Positions 39,191 through 40,849 of a stretch of 40,849 bases of DNA are shown here, piece by piece. The translations under genes and the position numbers were made by a program. How positions within the stretch are numbered: the first letter of the stretch is position 1; each line of letters opens with the position of its first letter. The notes under the pieces were generated by a model. It saw only the letters and a list, made by a program, of their open reading frames with translations. It searched no databases and had not been told where the DNA came from. The DNA is from Macrostomum lignano (Eukaryota), in NCBI GenBank assembly GCA_002269645.1, contig NIVC01002486.1, forward strand, positions 1 to 40,849, in the 5' to 3' direction.

Positions 39191-40544
39191 AGTTCTATTA
39201 ATTCCATCTGTCTATAAGAACATTAAAGCATCTGCCAAAGTAAATGTACTGTAGTTATCTACTAAAGTCAATTATTTAGGATTGGTTGTGAATAAGGATG
39301 AAACAGTTTAGCTTTTGAACTAATATTAGTAGTTTGTCTCAGGGACTATTAGTAAACAGGGCTGAATATGGCTTGGCAGGATTGCTTATAAGAATAGGAG
39401 CAGTGGAGCTCTTAGAAAGAAAAAAGAAACAAAAACCATTAGCCTGAACTATATGAGACTCACAATATCATTGGTATATTGGATACATCTAAAATTGGAT
39501 ACATGGTATAGCATGTTATATTATGGAAACCCTTTTTCTATAGCTACACAACAATTTTTTCATGAGAATGTCAAATGCTATTAGCAAAATCCTATATTTA
39601 CTATAACAGGATTGGAATCTTCTTAAAGATTTTATTAATTTTGATTGATAGGGATACAAAATCACTATAATGATCATCTATCCTAAGATGATAAAGGTTA
39701 AAAACACTTAATAGCAAAGCTAGAAAATATAGCAAAGTTTCTAACAGTAGGCCATATGAATATAATATACTATTCCTAATGGTACATGGCTCATATGTCA
39801 AATTTTAATATGCTTTTGATTAAAATTTGTATCCAATTATTGCCTAGAAAAATATAGTAGCAAGTCTAAATAAATAGTTTAATCACTTATTAATTAGATA
39901 AAAGACCTATCCATTTTAGATACAAGATATTTTGGCAAATGTTATTTTGATGATAGCTATATTAGTAATAAATAATCTAGTAATAGTTTTGGCCAATTTG
40001 GCAAATATTTACTCATAAGTTAATAATAGTGTATATATTTCAAAAATAATTAAATTCAGTATACATTTTGCTTTAATTTAAACATTGATTAGTTGTAGGG
40101 TCTATGTAAATTAAATAATTTATTGTTAATATGGCTTTCCCAAAGCAAAGCCCAAAAAACATTTTCTAAAATGATTTATTATCAAAATCTTTGGAATCCT
40201 TTTAGAGAACTTATGTTATAAATTTAAAAGTTATATCAATATAACAATATGTATTTTAATTAGAGTTCTGCCATAGCCACTGATATGGCTATGATGACTT
40301 ATATATAAGAGGTTGTTGGCAAAGCATATGGATATAGATATGGTTATAGGAACATATTTTCTATATCTTGTTCCCATATCTAGTAATACTGCTAAACTAA
40401 GAATTGCAAGACCATTGAAGCCATTGATTTGATTTGGTTAGGGTACGTTGTAGTAGTAAAAATAAATAAAATGTTGCTAGTGTCAAAGTGAAAGGAACTA
40501 ATAAGTCCCTAGAATATAGGACTCAAACATCAATATAGATTGCC

Positions 40545-40849
40545 TATGTTGTGGTTGGGTGGTAGATAGCTAATGCTAAGATAAATGTTTTCATTTTCAA
40601 AGGGAAGCTCTTAAGTCCTTGCATAGATTTGGGGTTGGGGACTTAACAACAGAAAGTTTCATTGCTATATACACATTGTAGTTGGGTAGTAGGAGGCTAA
40701 TGTTAAGATAAATGTTTTTACTTTCAATGCAGAGGAGCCTTTAAGTCCTGGGGTTGGGGACTTAAACAACTGAGAGTTTTGATGCCACATGCACATTGGG
40801 ATTGTGGGGCTAATATTAAGAAGATAAATGTTTTCACTTTCAAAGGAAG
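40545..40849. repeat. Degenerate ~125-bp tandem repeat (~2.4 copies, truncated by the window edge)
   Basis: GCTAATGYTAAGATAAATGTTTT...TTAAGTCCT...GGGGTTGGGGACTTAA recurs at ~40570, ~40697 and ~40809. Confidence 0.75.

Overview
Eukaryotic, intron-rich animal DNA with no prokaryotic features. Gene style, poly-Q/A proteins and dense minisatellites resemble the flatworm Macrostomum lignano, but the species is an inference. I can build six spliced or single-exon genes: a small secreted orphan (-, 1347-2162), a CD225/dispanin-like membrane protein (-, 7229-10134), a multi-copy neuropeptide precursor (+, 13425-14015), a cytosolic phospholipase A2 (+, about 16157-24220), a DEG/ENaC channel (+, about 26774-29570) and ubinuclein (-, 31990-38813). 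Introns and intergenic DNA hold at least ten tandem arrays, a decayed mariner, several MITEs and a CORE-type SINE. Highlights: (1) a prohormone with 12 KR-flanked, non-amidated (G/R)YNYL(R/T)DAMLS peptides; (2) a 764-bp foldback element with a 9-bp TSD that carries degenerate TTAGGG repeats at its centre; (3) a 1.9-kb domain with a single CpG; (4) four single-base deletions in otherwise intact genes, most likely long-read errors. Most long ORFs in the supplied track are repeat artefacts. All family assignments come from remembered motifs, not from database searches.
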